Position numbers and translations under genes: made by a program
Source: an uncultured Sphingomonadaceae bacterium
GTDB taxonomy: Bacteria > Pseudomonadota > Alphaproteobacteria > Sphingomonadales > Sphingomonadaceae
Direction of reading: 5' to 3'
Length of the DNA: 64,000 bases
Assembly: GCA_947499975.1 (NCBI GenBank)
Contig: CANMQE010000005.1
Coordinates: 86,773-150,772 of the forward strand
Shown: positions 47,652-56,213 of the stretch, in pieces
How the letters are laid out: every line of letters begins with the position of its first letter
Numbering within the stretch: position 1 is the stretch's first letter
The notes under the pieces: model-generated
The model's input: the letters and a program-made list of their open reading frames with translations, nothing else
Told to the model about the DNA's origin: nothing
The model's database searches: none

Positions 47652-48003
47652 CCGCACACCTCCGGCGATCGCAGCATTTCTCGCTCGGGAATATCAAGCT
47701 GCGCGAGCGGCAGAAGATCAAGCCCAGATCGATCAGTCCTGGCATCATCTCGAGCGCGCGCACATCGTCGCGCAGAACTGGCTGAAAGCCCATTGCTACT
47801 CGCATTGGCGCATGCTGGCGCTCGCTTACCGGCAGCGCGACTGGAGGGAGGTAAGCGGTCAGATTGTTCGTCTGGCTCTCGCACCGCTGGGGAATCTTAT
47901 CGGCGGCTTGCCTGTCGGAAATAGCGGGCGCTCCGATGTCAGAGCATTCGCCCGGATGGGAATTCCGAGCGATTTGCGGGCAATTCTGCAATCGACACAA
48001 TGA
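47644..48003 (+). CDS. DUF3703-like small protein
   Basis: ORF 47410..48003 trimmed to ATG 47644, which overlaps the CDF stop by 8 nt. WHHLERAHIVAQ resembles DUF3703 (from memory). Confidence 0.5.
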   Translation: MIDRTPPAIAAFLAREYQAARAAEDQAQIDQSWHHLERAHIVAQNWLKAHCYSHWRMLALAYRQRDWREVSGQIVRLALAPLGNLIGGLPVGNSGRSDVRAFARMGIPSDLRAILQSTQ

Positions 48004-48162
48004 CAGTTGGAACGGAAAAAGTATTTACCAGCGAATTCATTACAATGGGTCGTTTGGTGTCCAATAGTGAAAGCAGCGCATCCCGGATAATGTTATGAAA
48101 TCACATGCTATTCCGAAAATAATCTCTTTTGCAATCCGAACCCGGCTGCTAACCGCTCGCCG

Positions 48163-48501
48163 ATGACCCGGCTCTTCGCCCGATCCTTCATGCTGCAGTT
48201 TATCACGCTGTTCACCGCGATTGGTGTCCTGTGGGCTCCGGTCGCGGAAGCAGCTGAATGCGCGGACGAGCCTGAAGTCGCTTCACTGATAGAGCAGCAC
48301 GGCGAACCGGGTGAAGAGAGCAACGCGCCCGAGAAACACGGCACCTGCGCACACGGTCATTGTCACCACGTGTCGCAGACGGTGGGGCGATCGGGAGAAG
48401 GCGTTTCAATGCCTTCGGTTGTCGCACTGAACTCCGGCAAGCGCCACGCTGCGCTCGATTCAGGCAATATCGAACTGGATACGCCACCTCCTCGAGCCTG
48501 A
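48163..48501 (+). CDS. small secreted Cys/His-rich protein (possibly CopL-like), function unknown
   Basis: Signal peptide ending APVAEA. HGTCAHGHCHH cluster and a C-terminal LDTPPPRA. It lies directly upstream of czcC. Confidence 0.6.
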   Translation: MTRLFARSFMLQFITLFTAIGVLWAPVAEAAECADEPEVASLIEQHGEPGEESNAPEKHGTCAHGHCHHVSQTVGRSGEGVSMPSVVALNSGKRHAALDSGNIELDTPPPRA

Positions 48502-48565
48502 CGTACTTCGCGCATCGGACCCGTTCCGATGCCGTTTTGAACGTCAGCAGAGGAATTCACCCAAT

Positions 48566-49819
48566 ATGTTCGCCACATTCCGGCGGAGCGCCCTCTTTGC
48601 AGGGTTAGCTCTCGCCATGCTCGTGCAGCCTGCCATCGCGCAGGATGCGTCCATCGTGTCGCTTGAAGAAGCACTCGATCTCACAGGGGTCGCCGACGAC
48701 GCGACTTCCAGCACATTCAATCCGCGCATTGTCGGACCACGCGCGGAATCCGAAGCTGCGCAAGCGCTCGTCGGCCAGGCCCGGTTGCGGCCTAATCCCG
48801 AGGTCTCGCTAGAGGTCGAGAACATCGCAGGGAGCGGTGCCTTCTCTGGGCTAAGCGCTACCGAATATACTTTGGCGGTCGGGCAGAGGATCGAACTTGG
48901 CGGAAAGCGCGGCGCACGCGTCGCAGCAGCTGAGGCACAGGCACAGCTTGCAAATCTGCGGACCGACCTGGCCGGTGCAGAACTCGGCTTCCTTGTCCGT
49001 GAGCGCTACGTTGCAGCGGCGGCGGCAGCGTCGCGGGTCGAGCTTGCCCGCGATGTGGTCGACCGAAACGAGGAACTGGCCCGCATAGCTGGCGTCCTGG
49101 TCGAGGTGGGCCGCGAACCACCGCTGCGCGCACTACGGGCAGAGGCCACGCTGGCAGAAGCGCGTGCCGAACTTCAGGCAGCGGAGGCGAACAGCCTGGC
49201 AGCCCGCACGGCGCTTGCCTCGCTATGGGGCGAGCAAGACACACCGCCGCTCGTCCCCGGTGCGTTTCCCAACATCGAGCCTCCGGCCGCAGTGCTTGCG
49301 TCGGCGACCAGCTTGCCATTGCAGGTTGCCCGCGGCCAAAGCGCGACAGCAGCGGCCGAGATCGACTACGAGCGCAGCCTGCGCATTCCGGATCCGGTCG
49401 TTTCCGCCGGTGTTCGACGCTTCGAGGAAAGCAACGACAGCGCCTTTCTTGTCGGCGTATCCATTCCGCTTCCCTTCTGGAACCGCAATCAGGGCAACAT
49501 CGCTGCGGCCGAAGCAAGGCTACGCGCTGCCAACGCACGCGAGGTTGTCGCGCTGGCCGATTTTGAGCTGACGGTTACGCGCGCACGATCACAATATCTT
49601 GCCGCCGAAGCGCGCGTTGAAACACTTTCCACGACATCGCTTCCTCAGGCCGAGGAGGCGCTGCGGCTCGTCCGCATCGGTTACCGCAACGGCCGATTCC
49701 CGCTGATCGAGGTGCTGAGCGCAGCCGAAGCGCGTGATGCCATTCGCGAGGCGCTGATCACCGCTCAAGAAGACCGGGGACAGGCTGCCGCCGAGCTCAT
49801 CAGGTTGGCCGCACAATGA
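48566..49819 (+). CDS. czcC: outer-membrane efflux factor (TolC/CzcC family)
   Basis: Signal peptide ending PAIAQ and two OEP repeats. It is first in the C-B-A gene order. Confidence 0.8.
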   Translation: MFATFRRSALFAGLALAMLVQPAIAQDASIVSLEEALDLTGVADDATSSTFNPRIVGPRAESEAAQALVGQARLRPNPEVSLEVENIAGSGAFSGLSATEYTLAVGQRIELGGKRGARVAAAEAQAQLANLRTDLAGAELGFLVRERYVAAAAAASRVELARDVVDRNEELARIAGVLVEVGREPPLRALRAEATLAEARAELQAAEANSLAARTALASLWGEQDTPPLVPGAFPNIEPPAAVLASATSLPLQVARGQSATAAAEIDYERSLRIPDPVVSAGVRRFEESNDSAFLVGVSIPLPFWNRNQGNIAAAEARLRAANAREVVALADFELTVTRARSQYLAAEARVETLSTTSLPQAEEALRLVRIGYRNGRFPLIEVLSAAEARDAIREALITAQEDRGQAAAELIRLAAQ

Positions 49820-49830
49820 GGAACATTCCA

Positions 49831-50979
49831 ATGAACCGGAGAAGACTGGCGATCATCGCCGGTATCATCATTCTCGCTGCAGCGCTGTTGATGTTGCTGT
49901 GGCCTGATAATCAAGCTGACCCTCGTACAGAAGACAAGGTCGCCGAAACGGAACTGCCTGAGGGCTTCGTCCTGATCGATGACGATCAAATTCGCGCAGC
50001 CGAAATCAAGGTCGCCGCGGTGCAGACCGGGGCTACTGTCGAACTGGTATTTCCTGCAACGGTTGCGGCAAGCCCGACGGCCAGCGCGCGGATCGATGCG
50101 CGGGCTTCGGGCGTGGTCCGTAGTGTTGGCAAGACGCTTGGCGACTATGTCCGCCAAGGCGAGACCGTCGCTCGGATCGAAAGCGCCGATGCAGCTGCGC
50201 TCGCTTCACAGCTTAGCGTTGCCCGCGCCCGCGCAACTGAGCTTTCAGCTGCCTATGACCGCGAGCGGCGCTTGTTCGAAGCCAATGTAACGGCAAGGCA
50301 GGACCTTGAAGCAGCGCGCGCAAATCTCGACGTTGCCCGCTCCGAACTGAACCGCGCTCAGGCCGCTGTGGCTGCAGCGGGTGTCAGCGGCGATGGGCGT
50401 TCGCTCGCTGTCACCAGTCCGCTATCGGGCCGCGTTACCGCTGCTCCGATCGTGCTTGGCTCCTTCGTCGATGCTGGTGAAGAACTCTACCGCGTGATCA
50501 ATCCGAACGGGCTGCAGATAGAGGTGGCGTTGCCTTCGGAAGATGCGTTGCGCATCCAGCCGGGCGACGAGGCCGCCGTGATCGTCGGCGATGGCCGCGA
50601 GATCGGTGCGCGCGTGCGTTCGGTCACGCCGTCACTCGATCCCGAAAGTCGCAGTGCCACTGCCGTACTCAGTCTGACGCGGGCGATACCGGGTCTCCAA
50701 CCTGGCGCTTTCCTGCAGGCGCGCATCCGGCCGTCGGGCGAATTGGACCAGAGCCGTATCGCGGTTCCCGAGGACGCCGTGCAGGTGCTCGAAGGCCGCG
50801 ACGTCGTGTTTGTGCGCACACAGCGCGGCTTCCAAGCTCGCGAGGTAGCGACAGGCAGCCGGTCCGCCGGAATGGTGACGATCTTGTCCGGTCTTGAACC
50901 GGGGCAGCGGATCGCGACCGACAACGCCTTCCTGTTGAAGGCCGAACTCGAAAAGGAGGGCGCCGAACATGGCCATTGA
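49831..50979 (+). CDS. czcB: RND periplasmic adaptor (CzcB family)
   Basis: An N-terminal TM helix followed by a periplasmic domain with a central coiled-coil-like stretch. Start at ATG 49831 (GAGGA upstream) or at 49816 overlapping the czcC stop. Confidence 0.8.
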   Translation: MNRRRLAIIAGIIILAAALLMLLWPDNQADPRTEDKVAETELPEGFVLIDDDQIRAAEIKVAAVQTGATVELVFPATVAASPTASARIDARASGVVRSVGKTLGDYVRQGETVARIESADAAALASQLSVARARATELSAAYDRERRLFEANVTARQDLEAARANLDVARSELNRAQAAVAAAGVSGDGRSLAVTSPLSGRVTAAPIVLGSFVDAGEELYRVINPNGLQIEVALPSEDALRIQPGDEAAVIVGDGREIGARVRSVTPSLDPESRSATAVLSLTRAIPGLQPGAFLQARIRPSGELDQSRIAVPEDAVQVLEGRDVVFVRTQRGFQAREVATGSRSAGMVTILSGLEPGQRIATDNAFLLKAELEKEGAEHGH

Positions 50980-53900
50980 TCATACCGCGGCTCCCGCTGA
51001 CGAGGGTAGCCACCGCCATGGCCTGATCGGGATGGTTCTTGATATTGCCGTGCGTTTTCGCTGGGCGATCATCGTCCTGACTGTTTTCGCAGCAATCTAC
51101 GGCGCGTTCAATCTAGTGCGCCTGCCGATTGACGCAGTGCCGGACATCACGAATACGCAGGTCCAGATCAATACCAGCGCTGCTGCGCTTTCGCCGTCGC
51201 AGGTCGAGACGCAGGTGACCTTTCCGATCGAGACCGGTCTTGCCGGGATTGAGGGGCTGGAGATGACCCGTTCGATCTCGCGCAACGGCTTCAGCCAGGT
51301 CACCGCGATCTTCGAGGAAGGCACCGATCTATACTTCGCCCGCCAGCAGGTAAACGAGCGGCTCGCACCCATTGGAGCCTCGCTGCCAGAGGGAGCGGAG
51401 CCCACCATGGGTCCGATTTCCACCGGCCTTGGCGAAGTGCTGATGTATACGATCGAATATGAGCACCCTGGTGGCAAGGGTGCTACCACTGGCGGCCGGA
51501 CAGGCTGGCAGTCCGACGGCAGCTTCATCACCGAACGTGGTGACCGCCTCGAAAGCGAAGTGGCGAAGGCGGCCTATCTGCGCACTGTGCAGGATTGGGT
51601 CGTCGCACCACTGATGCGCTCTATCGACGGCGTGGCCGGCGTGGATTCGATCGGTGGGTTCGAAAAGCAGTTTCTGGTTCAGCCCGATCCCGCGCGCTTG
51701 ACCGGCTATGGCCTGTCGTTCGATTCATTGATCGATGCGCTCGAGGCCGCCAACCTCGCGGCCGGTGCCAACTTCGTGGACCGTGCCGATGAAGCGCTGC
51801 TCGTCCGCGTCGATGCGAGGCTGGGCAGCATTGCCGACATAGAAGAAGCCGTCATTGCGACCCGCGAGGGTGTGCCCATTCGTATCGGCGATGTGGCCGA
51901 TGTCGAGATCGGCGGCGACCTGCGAACCGGCGCGGCTTCACTGAACGGCGAAGAGGCGGTGGTGGGCACGGTGCTGATGCGAGCAGGCGAGAACAGCCGC
52001 ACCGTCGCAGCCGGTGCAGCAGAAAGGCTGGACGAGGTCCGTTCATCGCTCCCAGACGGCGTTGTGGCCGAGATCGTCTACAACCGGTCCTCGCTCGTCG
52101 ATGCGACGATTTCGACGGTTGAGAAGAACCTGCTTGAAGGCGCATTGCTGGTAATTGCAGTGTTGTTTCTCCTGCTCGGCAATATCCGCGCCGCCATAAT
52201 CACCGCACTGGTCATTCCCGTTTCGATGCTGATGGCAGCGGTGGGGATGAACCGGCTTGGTGTCTCGGGTAATCTGATGAGCCTGGGCGCGCTCGACTTC
52301 GGCCTGATCGTCGATGGTGCGGTCATCATTGTCGAGAACAGCGTTGCTCGGCTCGCCGCGCGGCAACAGCGTGAGGGACGCTTGCTATCCTTGGGCGAAC
52401 GGCTAACCGAAACGCGTCTGGCAGCACAGGAGATGATCAAACCGACCGTCTACGGTCAGGCGATCATTTTCCTCGTCTTCGCGCCGCTGCTCACCTTTAC
52501 CGGGGTCGAGGGCAAGACCTTCTCCCCTATGGCGATCACGATGATGCTCGCGCTGGCTTCGGCCTTCGTTCTGTCGTTAACCTTCGTCCCGGCGATGATC
52601 GCGGTGCTGCTCAACAAGAAGCTGACCGAGGAGGAAGCGAAGCCCATTCGCTGGTCGAAGGAGCGTTATGGCCCAGCGGTTCGCAAGGCCATTGCCCGGC
52701 CCTGGCCAGTTATCGGCACGGGGGTCGGGATCTTTGCGATCGCGGCTGTCATCTTCGGGTTTCTGGGTAGCGAATTTACTCCGCAGCTCGACGAACGCGA
52801 CATTGCGGTGCAATCCTTGCGAATACCGTCGACGTCGCTCGAACGTTCGCTCGCGATGCAGCGGCGGGTCGAGAACAGGCTTGAAGAGTTTCCCCAAGTC
52901 GAGCTGGTGTTTTCGCGGACGGGCACGGCCGAGGTCGCCAGCGATCCCATGCCGCCCAATGCGTCAGACGCCTATGTCATGCTGAAACCGCGCGAAGAAT
53001 GGCCTGATCCGGACTTGTCGAAGGATGAGCTGGTAGAGGAGATGGAAACTGCGCTGGGCGGTTTGATTGGCAACCTCTACGAGTTCAGCCAGCCAATCGA
53101 ATTACGCTTTAACGAGCTCATCGCTGGGGTGCGCGGTGACGTGGCGGTCAAGCTCTACGGCGATGACCTTACCGCACTCACCGAAGCGGCGGGCGATGTA
53201 GCCGGCGTGCTGCGCGGCGTCGAAGGCGCGGCAGACGTCAAAGTGCAACAGGTGACGGGCTTTCCGACCCTCGACATAGCTTTCGATCGCCCCACCATCG
53301 CGCGTTACGGCCTGACTGTTGAAGACGTGGCCCAATCGGTCGCCATCGCGCTCGGTGGACGTCCGGCAGGCCTCGTGTTCGAAGGCGATCGCCGGTTCGA
53401 TGTCGTGGTGCGTCTCGAAGACGCGACGCGCGACGATTTCGACCAGCTTGGCGCGCTCCCGATCGTGCTTGAGAACGGCGTCACGGTTCCCCTGCGGACT
53501 CTGGCAGAGTTCCAGGTGGTCGATGGCCTTGCCGAGGTCCGGCGTGAACAGGGACGCCGGCTCGTGGTCGTGTCGGCCAATGTGCGTGAACGCGATCTCG
53601 GCTCCTTCGTCGAAGAAGCGCAGGAGGGTGTTTCGGCCGGCGTCGATATGCCGCCGGCATCCTTCATCGAATGGGGTGGGCAGTATCAGAACCTGCAGGA
53701 AGCGCAGGCACGGCTCGCCATCGTCGTCCCGATTGCCTTCGCTCTTGTGCTGCTCTTGCTGTTCATGGCTTTGGGCGGATGGGTTCCGGCGCTTGCCGTG
53801 TTCAGTGCCATTCCCATGGCCTTGGCTGGCGGGGTGTTCGCTCTGGCACTGCGGGGGTTGCCGTTCTCGGTCTCGGCGGCGGTCGGTTTCATCGCCCTGT

Positions 53901-54286
53901 CTGGTGTGGCGACCCTCAACGGCCTGGTAATGATGACCGCGATCCGGCAGCGGCTCGAGAACGGAATGCCGCTCGACGAAGCTATCGCCGATGGCGCGCT
54001 TGCGCGCCTGCGCCCGGTACTGATGACCGCGCTGGTGGCTTCGCTTGGCTTCGTGCCTATGGCCATCGCTACCGGAACGGGCGCGGAAGTGCAGCGTCCA
54101 TTAGCTACGGTCGTCATCGGCGGATTGATCACCGCGACCGCGCTGACCCTGTTCGTTCTGCCCGCGATCGCACGGCTTGTGCTGCACCACCCGGATGACG
54201 AGCAAAGTTGGCGCGAGAAGTGGTGGGAGCGGCTGCGACGCAACGTCACGCGCGAGGAGCAGCGCGAGCTCGCTGACATTGCGTGA
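50969..54286 (+). CDS. czcA: heavy-metal efflux RND pump, CzcA-like (divalent-cation HME type)
   Basis: 1105 aa. The TM4 motif LDFGLIVDGAVIIVEN is typical of the HME divalent class. Confidence 0.85.
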   Translation: MAIDHTAAPADEGSHRHGLIGMVLDIAVRFRWAIIVLTVFAAIYGAFNLVRLPIDAVPDITNTQVQINTSAAALSPSQVETQVTFPIETGLAGIEGLEMTRSISRNGFSQVTAIFEEGTDLYFARQQVNERLAPIGASLPEGAEPTMGPISTGLGEVLMYTIEYEHPGGKGATTGGRTGWQSDGSFITERGDRLESEVAKAAYLRTVQDWVVAPLMRSIDGVAGVDSIGGFEKQFLVQPDPARLTGYGLSFDSLIDALEAANLAAGANFVDRADEALLVRVDARLGSIADIEEAVIATREGVPIRIGDVADVEIGGDLRTGAASLNGEEAVVGTVLMRAGENSRTVAAGAAERLDEVRSSLPDGVVAEIVYNRSSLVDATISTVEKNLLEGALLVIAVLFLLLGNIRAAIITALVIPVSMLMAAVGMNRLGVSGNLMSLGALDFGLIVDGAVIIVENSVARLAARQQREGRLLSLGERLTETRLAAQEMIKPTVYGQAIIFLVFAPLLTFTGVEGKTFSPMAITMMLALASAFVLSLTFVPAMIAVLLNKKLTEEEAKPIRWSKERYGPAVRKAIARPWPVIGTGVGIFAIAAVIFGFLGSEFTPQLDERDIAVQSLRIPSTSLERSLAMQRRVENRLEEFPQVELVFSRTGTAEVASDPMPPNASDAYVMLKPREEWPDPDLSKDELVEEMETALGGLIGNLYEFSQPIELRFNELIAGVRGDVAVKLYGDDLTALTEAAGDVAGVLRGVEGAADVKVQQVTGFPTLDIAFDRPTIARYGLTVEDVAQSVAIALGGRPAGLVFEGDRRFDVVVRLEDATRDDFDQLGALPIVLENGVTVPLRTLAEFQVVDGLAEVRREQGRRLVVVSANVRERDLGSFVEEAQEGVSAGVDMPPASFIEWGGQYQNLQEAQARLAIVVPIAFALVLLLLFMALGGWVPALAVFSAIPMALAGGVFALALRGLPFSVSAAVGFIALSGVATLNGLVMMTAIRQRLENGMPLDEAIADGALARLRPVLMTALVASLGFVPMAIATGTGAEVQRPLATVVIGGLITATALTLFVLPAIARLVLHHPDDEQSWREKWWERLRRNVTREEQRELADIA

Positions 54287-54343
54287 GCGGAACTATCAGG
54301 AACGCAGGTTCTTGAATCAGAACATTAATGAAAGGAATGCGTC

Positions 54344-54982
54344 ATGAGTGGCGAAGGTGAACTCAACCTAGACTCGGCGGACAAGCGCCAAACTTTGTGG
54401 ATCGTCCTCTGGCTGAACGTCGCGATTGCCATCGGCTTCTTCGTGGTTGGTTATTTCGCTGATTCCAACGCTCTGCTTGCTAACGGCCTCGACAATTCGT
54501 CGGACGCCGTCGTTTATGGGCTCAGCCTCCTCGCGCTGACGCGGTCACGGACCTGGAAGCGTGGGGCTGCGCGTTTTTCAGGCATTATGCTCCTCATTTT
54601 TGCCGGCGGCGTCATTGCCGATGCCATCCGGCGCTTTCTGGAGGGGTCTGATCCAGGTGGGATCATGATGATGGCAATGGCGGCGGTGGCTGCGGTGGTG
54701 AACCTGATTTCGCTGCGATTGCTGCAAAAGATGAAGTCGAAAGACGTCAATCTTCGGGCAGCCACGACTTTCAGCTTCAATGATTTCATCTCGAACGGCG
54801 GTATTATCATCGCCGGCATTGTTGTGATGCTGACCGGTGCGAACTGGCCTGATCTCGTGGTCGGTGTCGCAGTTGCCGGCATCGCGCTTTACGGCGGCAT
54901 CGATATACTGCGGGATGCGCACATGGACGTCCATGATGAGGAAGGCACTGAACACCGCAAGGGTGACGAGTTCGGAAGATAA
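54344..54982 (+). CDS. second short CDF-like transporter (membrane domain only)
   Basis: 6 TM helices, DNSSD in TM2 and NDFISN in TM5. A short acidic/His tail (HMDVHDEEGTEHRKGDE). No C-terminal domain. Confidence 0.7.
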   Translation: MSGEGELNLDSADKRQTLWIVLWLNVAIAIGFFVVGYFADSNALLANGLDNSSDAVVYGLSLLALTRSRTWKRGAARFSGIMLLIFAGGVIADAIRRFLEGSDPGGIMMMAMAAVAAVVNLISLRLLQKMKSKDVNLRAATTFSFNDFISNGGIIIAGIVVMLTGANWPDLVVGVAVAGIALYGGIDILRDAHMDVHDEEGTEHRKGDEFGR

Positions 54983-55187
54983 GAGGCCGAATTGGCGTTA
55001 CCTGCGGCTTGTTCGCTATGCGACCGAAAATGGGCCCGGTCATCGGCCCGGCAAGATCAGTCGGCGACCCGGGTTCTCAGAACGGGTTGGCTTGCATGCC
55101 CCACAACTGACCGACAGGCGTGGAACCAGCACTCGGAATGCCTCGTTTCCTCCGTTGTAAGTTCGATTACGAATGAGGAGACAAGTC

Positions 55188-55631
55188 ATGAAAGCCCAAG
55201 ACGTTATGACATCGAACCCTGCATGCTGCAGTCCATCGAGCACCGTGCAAGAGGCAGCTTCGTTGATGGTCGATAACGATTGCGGAGAAATCCCGGTTGT
55301 CGATGATTCCGGTGCGTTGGTGGGAGTAGTAACCGACAGGGACATTGCATGCCGCTGTGTGGCCAAGGGGAAGTCTTCCGACCAACGCGTTGAGGAGGTT
55401 ATGACATCGTCTCCTGTTACTGTCACCGCCGATGCCAGCGTCGACGAATGCTGCACCAAGATGGAAGACAATCAGGTTCGTCGGCTTCCGGTGGTCGATG
55501 ACAAGGGCAAATGTTGCGGCATCGTTGCGCAGGCCGACATCGCCAGAAGTGCAGCCGAGAAAGAAACCGGCGACCTCGTGCGCGAGGTATCCGAAGCTAG
55601 CTCGGAGCCAGCTTCGGCGGGATGCTGCTAG
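55188..55631 (+). CDS. CBS-pair protein unusually rich in Cys doublets
   Basis: ATG 55188 is 8 nt after GAGGAG. Two CBS motifs (IPVVDDSGALVGVVTDRDI; LPVVDDKGKCCGIVAQADI). 11 Cys including ACCS, ECCT, KCCG and a terminal AGCC. Confidence 0.75.
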   Translation: MKAQDVMTSNPACCSPSSTVQEAASLMVDNDCGEIPVVDDSGALVGVVTDRDIACRCVAKGKSSDQRVEEVMTSSPVTVTADASVDECCTKMEDNQVRRLPVVDDKGKCCGIVAQADIARSAAEKETGDLVREVSEASSEPASAGCC

Positions 55632-55663
55632 TCACAAAAGACTATTTATTTCACGCGGTTAAT

Positions 55664-55696
55664 GCGGACGGGGCGATCTGATTGGTCCCCGTCCGC
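55664..55696 (+). terminator. 10-bp GC hairpin after the CBS gene
   Basis: GCGGACGGGG-13 nt-CCCCGTCCGC. There is no T tract, so it could be a terminator or an RNA-stability element. Confidence 0.4.
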
Positions 55697-55744
55697 CATC
55701 ACTCATTACTTGCCAATCGCCTCGACCCAGACTATCTGGACCTA

Positions 55745-56095
55745 GTGAAGTTCATTCGTACCTTGACCTTAATCCTTTTTGGATTCGGACTTTTCGTCCA
55801 GGTTGGAGCGAATGCAGCAGGCCTTCCTCAGATTGAGGCGGAGGCGATGAGCGATTGTGCCGAGATGGCCGATAGCGAGACTTCCCGCGATCCTGCAGGA
55901 CCATGTTCCAACATGACGCTCGATTGCGTGATTGCCATGAATTGCTTGCCGCCTCTGGCTCTGTCGGCAGCGACTGAAATGGAGTGCGCGCCCCTTCGCT
56001 TGATGCCGAGCTACCTTGTTTCTGCGGCCCCGTGGTTTCAAACAGATTCACCACGACCGGAATCACCCCCTCCAAAACCAATCCTCACCGTCTAG
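55745..56095 (+). CDS. small secreted Cys-rich protein (paralogous in position to 48163..48501), function unknown
   Basis: GTG 55745 gives signal peptide KFIRTLTLILFGFGLFVQVGANA. 5 Cys (DCAE, GPCSN, LDCV, NCLPP, ECAP). C-terminal ESPPPKPILTV. It lies directly upstream of cusC. Confidence 0.55.
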   Translation: MKFIRTLTLILFGFGLFVQVGANAAGLPQIEAEAMSDCAEMADSETSRDPAGPCSNMTLDCVIAMNCLPPLALSAATEMECAPLRLMPSYLVSAAPWFQTDSPRPESPPPKPILTV

Positions 56096-56144
56096 TTTTT
56101 CCTGAAGGCGCGCTGCGCTTTTTGCGAGACTGACGAACGATGAA

Positions 56145-56181
56145 ACCGCACGAACCGGTATCGCCGGTGCGGTATGTTTTG
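56145..56181 (+). terminator. hairpin plus T-run between the small Cys protein gene and cusC (terminator or attenuator)
   Basis: ACCGCAC...GTGCGGT stem followed by ATGTTTTG. Confidence 0.45.
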
Positions 56182-56213
56182 TCTTGTCAGCTCGCTCTGC
56201 ACGAGTGAGATTT

